From NCBI GenBank assembly GCA_030390025.1, contig CM059432.1:22508001-22572000 (forward strand): a stretch of 64,000 nt of DNA, in the 5' to 3' direction. This document shows positions 1-12,010 of the stretch, in pieces. A program made the position numbers and the translations under genes. How positions within the stretch are numbered: the stretch's first letter is position 1; each line of letters starts with the position of its first letter. A model generated the notes under the pieces. The model did no database searches and was not told where the DNA came from. It saw nothing but the letters and a program-made list of their open reading frames with translations. The DNA comes from Squalus acanthias. Its lineage: Eukaryota.

Positions 1-1890
1 CAGGGATCTGTGGACATGCACTCCAAGGTCCCTCTGTTCCTCTACACTTCTCAGTATCCTACCATTTATTGTTTATTCCCTTGCCTTGTTAACTCTTCCC
101 AAATGCATTACCTCACACTTCTCTGGATTGAATTCCATTTGCAACTTTTTTACCCATCTGACCAGTCCATTGACATCTTCCTGCAGTCTACAGCTATCTT
201 CCTCACTATCAATCACGCGGCCAATTTATTATCATCTGCAAACTTCTTAATCATTCCCCCTACATTGAAGTCTAAATCATTGACGTATACCACAAAAACA
301 AGGGACCTTGCACTGAGCCCTGTGGAACCCCACTGGAAATAGCCTTCCAGTCACAAAAACACCCTTCGAACCATTACCCTTTGCTTCCTGCCACTGAGCC
401 AATTTTGGATCCAACTTGCCACTTTTCCTTGGATTCCATGGGCTTTTACTTTTCCAACCAGTCTGCCATGTGGGACCTTGTCAAAAGCCTTGCTAAAATC
501 CATGACGACTACATCGAACGCATTACCCTCATCAACCTTCCTTGTTATCTCCTCAAAAAATTCAGTCAAATTAGTCAGATACGACCTTCCCTTAACAAAT
601 CCATACTGACTATCCTTGATTATTCTGTGCCTTTCTAAATGACGATCAATACTGTTCCTCAGAATTTTTTCCAACAATTTGCCCACCACTGAGATTAGGC
701 TGACTGGACTCGGTCTATCCCTTTCTCCCTTTTTAAACAATGGTATAACATTAGCAGTCCTCCAGTTCTCCAGCACCATACCTGTAGCCAGAGAGGATTG
801 AAAAATGATGGTCAGAGCCTTCGCTATTTCCTCTCTTGCTTCTCTAACAGTCTGCGATACATTTCATCCGGGCCTGGGGATTTATCTGCTTTCAAAGATG
901 CTAAACCCCTTAATACTTCCTCTCTCACTATGCTTATCTCATCTAATATTTCACACTCCTCCTCCTTAACTACAATGTCTGCATCGTCTCTCTCTTTTGT
1001 GAAGACAGACGCAAAGTATTCATTAAGAACCATACCCACTTCTTCCGCCTCCACACACAAGCTTCCTTCTTGGTCTCTAATAGGCCCTATTCTTTCTTTA
1101 GCTAACCTCTTGCTCTTTAAGTATTTATAAAACATCTTTGGGTTTTCCTTGATGTTACTTGCCAATATTTTTTCATGCCCTCTCTTTGCTTTCCTAATTT
1201 CCTTTTTAATTTCACCCCTGCACTTGCTATACTCCTCTAGGCATTCTGTAGTATTTAGCTCTCAGTATCTGACATTAGCTTCCCTTTTTTGCATTATTCT
1301 ACCCTGTATGCCCCTTGACATCCAGGGGACTCTAGATATGGGAGTTCCACTCTTTTTCTTTGTGGGAACGTATTTTCTCTGAACCCTCACTATCTTCTCC
1401 TTGAATGCCTCCACTGTTCTGACTCTGATTTACCTTCAAGTAGCTGTTTCCAGTCCACTTTTGCTGAATCACATCTCAACTTAGTAAAATTGGCTTTTCC
1501 CCAATTGAGAACTTTTACTCCTGATCTAGCTTTGTCCTTTTCCATAACTATGCTAAATCGAACTGAATTATGATCACTACCACCAAAAGGCTGATACCTT
1601 CCACCTGCCCAGCTTCATTCCCTAAAACTAAGTTCAGAACTGCCCCCTCTCTTGTTGGGCTTACTACATACTGGCTAAAAAAGTTCACCTGAATGCATTT
1701 TACAAATTCAGCACCCTCTATACCTTTTACACTGATTCTATCCCAGTTAATGTTAGGATAGTTGAAATCCCCTACTATTACTGCCCTATTGCTTTTGCAT
1801 TTCTCAGCAATTTGCCAACATATTTACTCTTCTATCTCCCTCTGACTATTTGGGGGTTGATAGTACACTCCCAGCTGTGTAACTGCCCCT
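1..1890 (-). mobile_element. CR1 LINE ORF2 fragment (RT region and upstream linker), decayed
   Basis: Minus-strand ORFs 824-1165 (NPKMFYKYLK...KSPGPDEM) and 351-779 (WRTANVIPLFKKG...QYGFVKGRS...MDFSKAFDKVPH) are CR1 RT motifs, broken by frameshifts and stops. The element runs off the window start. Confidence 0.92.
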
Positions 1891-1899
1891 TTTTTGTTC

Positions 1900-2912
1900 T
1901 TCATCTTTTGGATGAGACATTATACGTCTACTCTCTCAGGTAGACATAAAAGATCGTTTGACACTATTTTGAAGAAGAGCAGGCGAGGTCCCCCCAGTGT
2001 GCTGGCCAATATTTATTCCTTAATCAACATCACTAAAACAGATGGCCCGTATTTTCTGATCCCTAAGGGTGTGTACGAGCTGTGTACACACCCGTAGGGA
2101 CCTCGCAAGTGCCAGTTTCAGGCATGCGAAGCGCATGTGCTGAAAACCGGCACTTCCGATCTGTCAAGAATCCTCTTGACAGATCTCACGCCTGCCCTGG
2201 AGAAGGGCCTCTGTGGGTGGAGAGTTCTGCTTTCTGCAGAACCTCCGCCCGCTGAAAACCCTTAAATCTTACGCCTGGTAAAAGCAGCATAAGAGTTTAA
2301 AAAAAGCAAAAAAAATATTTTTTCACTCATTTCTAATTTAAAAATACTTTAAAAAAAGGTAAGTTTAATTTTAGCCCCGTAAAAAACAATTTTTTTTCCA
2401 AAATATTAAATTTTTGTTTAAAATATTTAATTTAATGTAATTTTAACTAATTTTAAAAACATGAATTTAAAAAAAAATTATTTAATGTTTTGATGTGTTT
2501 TTTCAGTGATCCCCATTCATACTTTTGACATGTCTAAGTTCCCCATGGTCCACGTGATCCCAGGGACGCTTGCGAACCGTATGCGCCCCTGGGATACGTG
2601 GGCCCTGCGCATTTCGTCGTGGAGAGGCCCAGGAGCGGAAATGGCCGGACCTCCGGAGCCCTCAGGTAAGGGCGTAGATTTTTTCCAGATCGGAGGCCTC
2701 CGCACGCAGGAAGCCTCCGATCGGAAAATACGGGCCATTATCTGGTCATTTTCACAGTGCCGTTCATGGAACCTTGCTATGCATAAAATTTGGCTGCTGC
2801 GATTCCTACATTACAACAGTGACTACACTTCAAAAGTACTTCATTGGCTGTAAAGTGCTTTGGGATGTCCTGAGTTCATGACAGGCGCTATATAAATGCA
2901 AGTCCTTTCTTC
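1900..2912 (+). mobile_element. DeuSINE (SacSINE1-like) central and 3' part, split by a MITE at 2044-2736
   Basis: Deu-domain-like ttttggatgagac...aaaagatc...gaagaagagcagg...ctggccaatattt and a tail gcgctatataaatgcaagtc. The two halves rejoin as aacagattatctggtcatt, as in the copy at 49296. Confidence 0.85.
2044..2736. mobile_element. Harbinger-type MITE, hairpin-rich family
   Basis: 18-bp TIR ggcccgtattttc(t/c)gatc; flanks gat/att (at least AT duplicated); AT-rich core with GC-rich palindromic subtermini. Confidence 0.88.
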
Positions 2913-3816
2913 TTGCTTTAAAATACTTTGAATAGGAATTGACCAATATTGGCTGATTCATCTAAAAATCTAACCTAGTTTTAAACAACACCTCGTGTTG
3001 TTTAATCATAGCACTCGTGTTGTAGCGGGCTGTAGGCTACTCTGTCATATCTGCATCGGAAACATCTGTGAGAAAGGGATTATGGAGAAAGGTTACAGCT
3101 TTCCTCTCACTGTCCCTTGGGATACTTATGCCTTTCCCTTCAATTCTGCATATTAATGATCAAATGTTATTAAGCAGACCAGAACAGAATAGAATTGTGC
3201 CCCTTGATCTCCTAATTACCAGACAAGCAATTCAATGCTGCTGAAAATGCCAGTTTGATATTGTTGAATAAACTGGAAAACTGGCAGCTTGCCTTGTTTA
3301 AAATAATTATTTTTAGATCACTGAATCTACAGATATGTCTTGAAACCTGCCCACCCCTTGGTGACGTTTCTGCCATGGCTGCTGGTCCCTTTCTTCTGTG
3401 TGTGATTCTGACTGTTTCCTTCACTGCAGGTAGACTCTTGCCTTGTGGCTATTCAGCAGGTTTATAGTATCGATGGTTTCAGACTTCTACCAGTTTTTCT
3501 TTCCAGCTGAGGAGGCCGAAAGACAGCTATTCCTGCGAATGTTTTTCTCCCCTCTGATCTCCTATCAGCATTTACCCACAGCGTATTGTCGGGTTCTGGA
3601 AATCATGGTTGCATCATCATATCACATCATTTTCTGTTGTCATGCGTTGGCGGTCCTGCAACCATCACCATTGTGCTGCCTGAGCAGTATCCAGTGGGAT
3701 ATGCAGAATGCGCAGGAGTATGAATATCAGTTGACCACAGGATTAGACTTGGCTGTGCTGTCTCTCCATGATCTGATAGCTTAATAATGCACTCCATCTA
3801 GGTTCATGCACGAACG

Positions 3817-4018
3817 GTGATTCTGTGAGCCAGTGCTCCCAGCTGGGAGAGGAGCTCACAGGGAGTGAATTTCAGGAAATGGTGGGTACTCAGCCCGTGA
3901 TTTTACATCCATTATAAATGAATGGGTGGAAAACCATGGCCTGTGTGTCCATGATTTCCTGGACAGCACTCCCAGGGAGCACGGTGCCCTGCTGGGAGCA
4001 GCAGATTGTGGAATGACC
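3817..4018. mobile_element. Short palindromic MITE, degenerate
   Basis: Imperfect whole-length inverted repeat (ggtgattc..tgctcccagc / gctgggagca..gaatgacc) centred on ccattataaatgaatgg. Confidence 0.6.
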
Positions 4019-4290
4019 TAGAATCATACAGCACAGAAGGAGGTCATTCGGCGCATCGTGCCTGTGCAGGCTCTTTGAAAGAGCTATCCAATTAGCCCCA
4101 CTCCTCTGCTCTTTCCCCGTAGCCCGACAACGTTTTCCCCTTCAAGTATATACCCAATTCTTTTTTGAAAGTTACTTTTGAATCTGCTTCCACCATCCCT
4201 TCAGGCAGTGCATTCCAGATCATAATAACTCGCAGTGTTAAAAAAAATCTCATCTCCCCTCTGGTTCTTCTGCCTGTTTGAAGAATATTC
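4019..4290 (-). mobile_element. CR1 3' end fragment
   Basis: ORF 4092-4340 ends FFLTLRVIMIWNALPEGMVEADS...FKKELG, followed by a CR1 3' UTR. Confidence 0.85.
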
Positions 4291-4914
4291 TCTCTTGAGA
4301 TACTGGGGACGCTGTTGCATGTGGAACAGTATCGTAGCATGAGTCACCATGGGGGAAGATTTCTTCCACATGAAATATGTACTGAAAGGGCAAGCTTGTT
4401 CTTTATATAAACACGTTAACAATGCAGTTTTTCTGAGTGCACGGAGGAGATCTTCCCCAATTATTCAGTTGAGAAGTGAAGAAAAATTGGCAGAGGAAAA
4501 AAGAAAATCTGAACCCAAGTTTTTTTCTATTGTTTGAAATCATTTGTATTTGAAGCTACTGCAGAGACAGTGACGACAGAAATGTGGCAGCTTCATCATG
4601 AGTCATTGTGGGCCTTACTAAGACAACATAACAGGAATTTGCTGGAGCGGGGCATCTCACACGAGGCCAGATAGTTAGACTTTTTCCTGCACTCTTCTGC
4701 ACAAATTGTTTTGCCCTGTAAGTTGTTGATAGTGCAAGCTGCTAATGCAAGGGCAACGGGGCATCTGGGACCTTGGTGAATGACGGGACAAGCAGTCTAT
4801 CCCCTTAACCAAGGAGATTTAAAGATTGAGAAATAAACAGAAGAAGGACTGAGAAGGAGGGTAAATTAGAGTGGGTGAATTCAATGTCAAATCAGATACG
4901 GAAAGAGAAATAAA

Positions 4915-6598
4915 GGCCGAGATTTTCCTTACCTTGCCGGGGTCATCCCGCTCTGGAAAATGAATTTACATTGATAGGGCTTGTTAAGCCCACCCAGCGC
5001 GTTTCCCGGTCCAATAAGAGGAAGTGGGTCTGGCGACGTAATTGATGCTGCACCATCAGCCGGATTCCTTAAAGGGACCATGACCAACTTTCTTTTGACA
5101 TTTGCGCTGTCAGTGTTCTAAAGCATTGAAGTACTGCAAACACTGACAATCACTGCACAGAGGCACAGGGCTGTACCCAGTTTCTCCAATGACTCCCTCC
5201 ATATGCTTGTGGAGGGAGTCAGAGCATGCAGGGAGGTCCTCTTCCCTTCCGATGGGCGGAAGAGACCTCCCCAGGAAATCAACACAGCCTGGTAGCACAT
5301 TGCAGAGGAAGTCACAAGCAGGGATGTTGTCAGGAGGACCTGGGTGCAGTGGCACAAACCTTTCAATGATCTCATTAGATCACGAAACATTAGTACAAAC
5401 CACACTCACCTTCATCCTGCTGTGCCTCTCATCACATCCCCATCACTCTGCCTTCCCTACCCTACTCCTGCACATCCTTACTCAACCAAATTTCCTTGCC
5501 CCTCTACACATCCCTCTCTCTATCTAGATTATCACATCCCCATCTCACTAGCCACCTCTCACACTCACCCTCATCCTAGTGCAATCGTACAACCGAACAA
5601 CACACAAAGGTAGGCACTTGGGTGGTTTATGCAATGTTCATGTAATGTTTCTGTTAATGTGGTGTCAAACATTGAAACCTTATATTTAAACACTTTCTGT
5701 TCTTGGACAGATTTTTGTGCACCTTTGGAAGTGTCTTAGTGAATTGCAGTGAATGGTGAGACATAACGGTACCCCCTACAATGGTGATGAGTATGAAAGA
5801 AATGGCTTGGATATCTAGGTATGCTTTATGGTGTTGTGTGGGGTGGTGCCAACTTGATGCATCATGTGGCAGCCAGGGTGTACAGCGTCAAGTTAACTAA
5901 ATCTGGCCATGATGAGGCCATCCCAGGCCTCCCAGGCAGAAATGTGCTTGGGTGCTGATGCCCTCTGTCCTGTGCAGCATCAGGTGATTGCAGAGAAGGT
6001 TGGTGTTGTTGTTGGTGCTGCTGGTGTGCCTGGTGCTGCTGAATTGGGGGTTGATCATGGTCGGATTCTGAGAAACAAGGTGAGACTGTATCAAGGGCAC
6101 CCATACTGATGGAATAGATGGCAGATGAAGTAGAAATGACAGAGGCATTCTACCAATGGTGAGAGATTTTGTCCAATGAGGTGAGACTGGATGGAGAGTG
6201 GAAAGTGGAAAGCCTGCAGAATCTGTGCTGGACATGGACTGAGAAACAGCTTGTGGCTGAGGAAAGTGATGATCTGTCAGGTGGGAGCTTTTACTGTACA
6301 TTTCAAGCTGTCAGGTAATCAGCTGGGTCAATGACCACAGAACTCCCACCTCAGGTTGACAACCATGGTCCCTGAACAGCGTGGTTCCCATAGCCATGAA
6401 GTTAAAGTCAAAAGGTAAGTTAAAAATGCCTGTTAATCATCTGTCAACTAGATGCTAATGAGTTTAATTGGGTCACCTGCCATTGCCTGTCGGGTCTGCG
6501 CATTGTGGCAGGTTGATAGCGGGTTCCCGATCTGCTGTCAAAAAAAACACCCGACCTGCCACCGATCCCGCCCTCTGACACCCCAGAAAATCTCGGCC
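4915..6598. mobile_element. Internally deleted PIF/Harbinger transposon
   Basis: Perfect 13-bp TIR ggccgagattttc and TSD AAA. Myb/SANT remnant on +. On - the transposase N-terminus (GALDT..QQHQ..) is joined to its C-terminus (SAWEAWDGLIMARFS*). Confidence 0.88.
5150..5385 (+). pseudogene. Harbinger Myb/SANT-like (NAIF1-type) exon remnant
   Basis: Translates RAVPSFSNDSLHMLVEGVRACREVLFPSDGRKRPPQEINTAW*HIAEEVTSRDVVRRTWVQWHKPFNDLIRS; one in-frame stop and the ATG is lost. Confidence 0.82.
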
Positions 6599-6733
6599 AA
6601 AGACTGGGAAAGAAAGATTAGATTAAGAGAGAGAGAGAAAAAAAGACGGAAATGAAAAGCAAAATTTTTTTTTTAAATTTAACATTTTTAAATCTCCAAC
6701 AGCAAGTCACTACCTGAAGGAATAAGACTCTTG

Positions 6734-7318
6734 GGGGGAGAAATTGGGTATGCTTGTGCCTTCTGTTGTTGCCTCTGGGGGGCGATAACAGGGCGATAAC
6801 CAGTTACCGCCCGGGCGCGGCGAGAATATCGCCTCCCGCTAAATTTGGCGAGAGATTTGCGGCAGAGTATGGCATTGCGCCCCGATCTCCTTCGCCCGGA
6901 GATCATGACGTCATCGCCATGTGCATTGCCCCGGTAGCGCCCCAGACCCGAACTAGGGAAAAAAATAATCAAATGCTCGTTTTCTGTTTTTTTCCTTCTT
7001 TCCCCAGCGCTCGATCAGCCTGGCACTCTGCTGCAGTGCATCGGGCTGATCGGGCCGGATTGTGGCTGCCGTTGGGGACTAGGTAAGTTGATTTCCCTTG
7101 CAGACCCTGCAGCGATGGCCCTTCCCTTTAAGGGAGGGAAGGAGCCTTTCAACGAGGCAGCACTCCCATTGTGCACACCTACTGCCCCGCCTGCTGCTTG
7201 TTGCGCTCCAGGAAGGAAGCGGAGTGCTTGATTTAACCTTTCCTTTAGTGCCTGGTGCTCATTTTCTCAATCTTTCAAAGTTAACACCCCAAACGGGGCT
7301 ATAATGAATTTTTCCCCC
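6734..7318. mobile_element. Harbinger-type MITE with GGGGG termini (related to 57875-58767)
   Basis: TIR gggggagaaatt / aatttttccccc; shares gatcatgacgtca and ccccaaacgggg with the 57875 element; no clear TSD. Confidence 0.78.
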
Positions 7319-7744
7319 AACACTTTTAAATGTTCATTTTCTGTGCCAGGGAGGTTGATTGGCGTTCATTAAAAATTATCATATTGTTAAAAGTGTACTT
7401 ACGCTATTAATTACTAGACTTAACTTTCTGTGGTGAGTTTAATGGACAATTAATGTTCAAACGCAGCAACTTTATGAAACTCACAAAGAGGTTAAGGGTG
7501 AGATGTCATTTTCGTGAAGCATTTTCGTGCAGTGGAGCAAATCGTCCTGCAACTTTTGGCGATTCATGGGGTATCTCCTCCTCGCCACAAGTTGCTGGCT
7601 GATTTGTACATTAATATGGCGAGCGTCATTCATGCACCATTACTTTTTAGCAAATTTAGCACAACAGTTTCTCTCTGTTTTCTTAGATTGAAAATTAAAT
7701 TCAAAGCAACCTCATGCTAAAGGTAAGTACTGCTTGACATTAGT

Positions 7745-7997
7745 CAGGGCCAGAATGGCGTGCTGGACTAGTTGCGATTGCCTAAGAGGGTGCGGGGGGG
7801 GCGTTGGAGAGAAATATTCCAGATTTTTTCCCCCTCAAATTGGCCTGGTTTTTTATCTGGTTTTTCACCTCTCGCAGGAGATTACATGGCTTTCGGGTGG
7901 GGTGGGGAGTGTATATATTGCGATGCACAAGTTGGGTGGGAAAAGTAGGATGGACCAGAGGGTCTTTTCCTGTCCATCATTATTTGTATGTTCGTAT
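7745..7997 (+). mobile_element. LINE/SINE 3' tail fragment, CR1-type
   Basis: Ends in ggatggaccagagggtcttttcctgtccatcat..tatgttcgtatg, resembling a CR1 3' stem-loop plus short-repeat tail. Confidence 0.5.
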
Positions 7998-9134
7998 GAA
8001 ATTGATTTATTTGAGGAAAGTGCATTGGAAATAAAATTATGTAAAAATCGATTTTTTCAACTCTGGTAGAGCACTGTTCAGTATTAATACAGATGGAACA
8101 GTTTCAAATGACTAGAGGGTAGATATTACCAGGTAGACTCAATGCTCTCATGTCAGTATCTCCTCTTCATTTTAAACTGGGTGCTGGCCTGTTTTTAAAA
8201 ATGGGTTAATAACTCTGTTAAAATAGTGGAGAATGGAACTTGATGCACTTATGTTAAGCGTTCGTACAATCATCTCACCCTTCGTCCTTTCCATGCTGAG
8301 AAAACTACTGAAAGAGGGAAAATGCTACTTCACCGCCATCAGTTCTTTCCACACAATGTGTCCACAAACGTGATGTTGTGTTTTAGCTGGTTGCCTCATA
8401 CATTCCTTCAAGTAGCGGAGGTATTTATTTTCTCAATGTTAATAAAACCGAAGAAATTAATCCAACATCTTTCATCTATTATCCACCGTGGGCAGCAAAC
8501 AAAATAATTTAATTTACATACATTTCACAACAATTGCATAATCTCCTCAGGCAGCAGACAAAGTGAAGTGACTGAAGCAAAATTAATTGCTTATCACGGT
8601 TATTGTATTTTACTTTTTTACAGCTATTTTGGGAGTGTGGAGATGAATATATTAGAAGCACAAACATCTCTCTCTAGCAGCTGTTAAAGAGTCCCATAGT
8701 GACCTGAATTTGAGGCAGGCCCAGCCCTGTTCCCAGTGGTTTCGAGACCACTGTACCAAACTGACTGGAATGCAGCACTAATTAGCAATAATTGGGCAGT
8801 CTCACTTGAGAGGTTTTACGAATGAAATATGTGGGAAATGTAAACAGCATGCTGGCACAGTATTAGTTGCTCTTTTGAGCTTTATATAAAGGCATTTTTC
8901 CATTATTATTGAGAAACCTAGGTGATGAACCAAGGCTAATAGTACAAGAACTACCACGGATGAAAAGAGTCGGGGAAAAGATAAGACAAATGATTGTAGA
9001 CGGAAGGGAAGACTGAAGGAAATAAAGAATTCTACAGACCTGAGATATTGGGAAAGAGCAAATTATTATGGAAGGTAGTGTGGTGAATCTTAATTGCAAT
9101 AAAATAAGGATACAGAGATGAGGTAATAGAAATT

Positions 9135-9385
9135 AAAACATTTAAGACACAGAAGAAGGCCATTCAGCCTATTATGCCTGTGCCAGCTCTTTGCGAGACA
9201 AATTCAAAACTAATGCCGCTACCCTGCTCTCTCCCCATCATCCTGCATCTTCCACTGCTTCTAATGTTTATCTGCTCTTTCCTTAAAAGACGCAATGATC
9301 TCTGCCTTGTCTGTTCTATGTGGTAAAGCATTCTATCCTCTAACTCGCTGTGTAAATGAATTTCTCATAACCTCTCTTCTCACTT
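9135..9385 (-). mobile_element. Old CR1 3' fragment
   Basis: acagaagaaggccattcagcc...tgcctgtgccagctctt, as in the other minus-strand CR1 3' ends. Confidence 0.6.
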
Positions 9386-10649
9386 TAAGGGGCCAATTTT
9401 TGCTTCTATTATCTGCCGTTAACAGACAGTAACAGCCGCAAAATGGGGTCAGTAGCCATACCACCCAGCGACGAAGAAGCTGGTGACATTTTGAAAGAGG
9501 CCTACCCCTGGGTGCCTGAAGTGCCTGCCTGTCTCAGGGGGTAGGCGTTTGTTGATATACTGAATCCTGATTGCCATTTTAGGTTGGAATTGGTCTGATC
9601 AGTTTCATGGGCGATGGTGCTGAAGAGGCCCAGCCAAGGTAAATTTGGAGTTATCTTTGTAAGGCCTGGAGCAGTAGCAGTGACCCTTCAGTGATAATTT
9701 TACACATTGACTTCAATGGAAGAGAAGATCGGGTGGGGTGTAAAACAGGCTGCCGATTTGCTATCGCCCTTTGTGCGCTACTGAAAATGAATTTTACCTG
9801 CACATTCTGAAATTTAGGTCAATACCCTCTAGATTAAGCTTCTATTTCATATGAACTGACGGGTATAAAGATTCACACTATTTCTCACTAAAGGAGGGTT
9901 CCTGAAAGCAAAGGGCGCATTTGAGCATGGTGTTCTTCAGGTGCTAATGTAAGTAGTGAGGCATAGGAGGATTGCTCTGGTTGATATTTAAGACCATTCT
10001 CCCAGGGATTTGCTTGAAATGTGTGGCAAAAAATAGCAGAGTGATTGTTCTCTGCAACACCCAGAGTTCATGGAAGCAAATTTGGAAATGGCAAACCTGA
10101 GAAAAGGTGCTAAAGTAATAGCACTCAGCAGATTCCTATAGCAAGTAGCTATTCAGACCACCTGATCTTCATCCCCGCTAGCTGACTGCTGCTTTCCGCT
10201 CTGTCTGAGAACTCTACCTTCACATTCCTGAAAATGTGCCTCTGCTTGACTAAATAATGGCCTCAAACATTAATGGGCTACGATCCCAGAAGTTTTGGCA
10301 GGATCGTGCTCCCGGTGCCCTCCAGCGCTAACCTGGTTGGGGTTTGCAGGGTGAGTGCAAGGGCACTTAATTTGCATGGGACTGGCAGATGTCTGTGCCA
10401 CTATGGGCACATCTCCTGTGCCCACGTGCCACATACAGCCAGGAAGATCTGGTGCCTGCTCACCATTGGAGGGGGTTGTCCAAGCTCCCCACACCAAGAC
10501 AGTATACAACCTCCCTCAGGCCCCTGGGATCCATTAAAAAAAATAAACAGTTACTATTTCTTCAGGGGTTCCAGGTTGCTCCTCTGGCCTGGACCTTCCC
10601 CCACCTCTTAATGGGGCTGAATTACACTTATCTAAGGGACACATCCTCA

Positions 10650-10915
10650 TTTCATTTATCTTGCAGAAAGATGTTTCAAAGCAGTTTAAAATTAGGAGGC
10701 AACAATGTGTTCCAGGTCTTTGGAAAGGAAGGGAAGTTTGGAAATAAGACAACAGTTGTGGAGAGGCTAATGGTGGGTTTCCTGATGACATCTGTAATAA
10801 TGGCTTGGAGTCTTGGAGCAGAGGGAAACAATCTCAGGGAGACAGAATGATGGTGTCAACAAGCATATAGCTAAGGAAGTGAAATTACGTGGTCAGGAGT
10901 TAAGATGGCAGAATA
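10650..10915 (-). mobile_element. Decayed L2-like RT fragment
   Basis: The reverse of ggtctttggaaaggaagggaagtttggaaataag reads LISKLPFLSKD, matching the L2 ISxLPFLSK motif. Confidence 0.45.
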
Positions 10916-10929
10916 TCGTTAGAACAACA

Positions 10930-11270
10930 CAGATTGAGGGGTGATATGATAGACATGTTTAAAATTATGAAAGGATGGAACGGGGTAAATATATTCAGAC
11001 TACTTCCAATCGTTGAAGGGTCAAGAATGAGGAGCCATAGCTACAAGATTAAATGTAAGAGATTTAGAATAGAGGGTAGAAGACATTTCTTCACACAGAG
11101 AGTTATGAAGTTGTGAAATTCACTTCCAGGGTTAGTAGTTGAAACAGAAACTATGTCCACATTCAAGATTAGATTTGATAGGTGGATGAAGATAAAGGCA
11201 TTGACGGGATATGGGAACAGGGTGGGTAAATTTGATTGGAACTAGTTGCTTGCATGGAGGGTAACTTCTA
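10930..11270 (+). mobile_element. CR1 3' fragment
   Basis: ORF 10934-11116 RGDMIDMFKIMKG...RRHFFTQRV. Confidence 0.85.
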
Positions 11271-11554
11271 TGTATCAAGAGGGAAGACGGCAGACTTCAT
11301 GAAATATGTTGAGGGCTGAGGGAGAAATAGAAAAATGGTCCAAGGTGATAATGGTACCTCAGTTTAACATCCAGCAATGTTACCTCCAGCAATGAAGTAT
11401 TCTCTTAATATTGCACTGAATTCTTCATTTAGATTATGAGCTAAAACTTTGAGTCTTCATAAGTTTTCATAATCCTGATCCGGATTCAAGAGTACTACTC
11501 ACTAAGACGTACTAATCTTCAAGGGCCTGGGTAGGAGTACCTAGCAGAATATCG

Positions 11555-12010
11555 AATCATAGAATGTTCACAGAAACCGGTCACTTTTTGCATCAAATAT
11601 GCTCTAGTACTTTTCTCCATAAGTCTTATTTAGTCTAATGCCACGCTCCTGCTCACTCTCTTCCTTTTATTCAAACACTATTTTAATTCCCTTTTAAAAA
11701 AAAATTCAGACCCTGCTTCGATAACAGTTTCTGGCAACGAATTCCACAATTCAGCCTTTCTCTCTGGATAAAGAATCCCTTTGTAATCCCCCCTTTAATT
11801 CTTTTTGTGATTATCTTCAATTTGTGTCCTCTGCTCCTGTGCTGCCAACCAGTGAAAGCAATCTATCACTATTTCCCTTATCAGAATCCTTCATAATCGT
11901 GAAGATCTCTCTCCGGTCAATGAAAAAGCTCTAATTTCTCAAGTCTCTCTTTATAACAATAACTCCTCGTCTGTAGTAACATCCTTATAAATCTACTCAG
12001 CACTTTTTTC
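11555..12010 (-). mobile_element. Old CR1 3' fragment
   Basis: gaatcatagaat tail and degenerate gaattccaca...tttgtgtcctct...ccttcataat CR1 sequence. Confidence 0.55.

Larger units (their letters stand above)
4630..7660. mobile_element. Non-autonomous DNA element (same family as 44747-45512) hosting two younger insertions
   Basis: Segments 4630-4914, 6599-6733 and 7319-7660 are collinear with the uninterrupted copy at 44747-45512 (e.g. gggaaagaaagatt.gattaagagagag and taactttctgtggtgagtttaatg). Confidence 0.75.
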
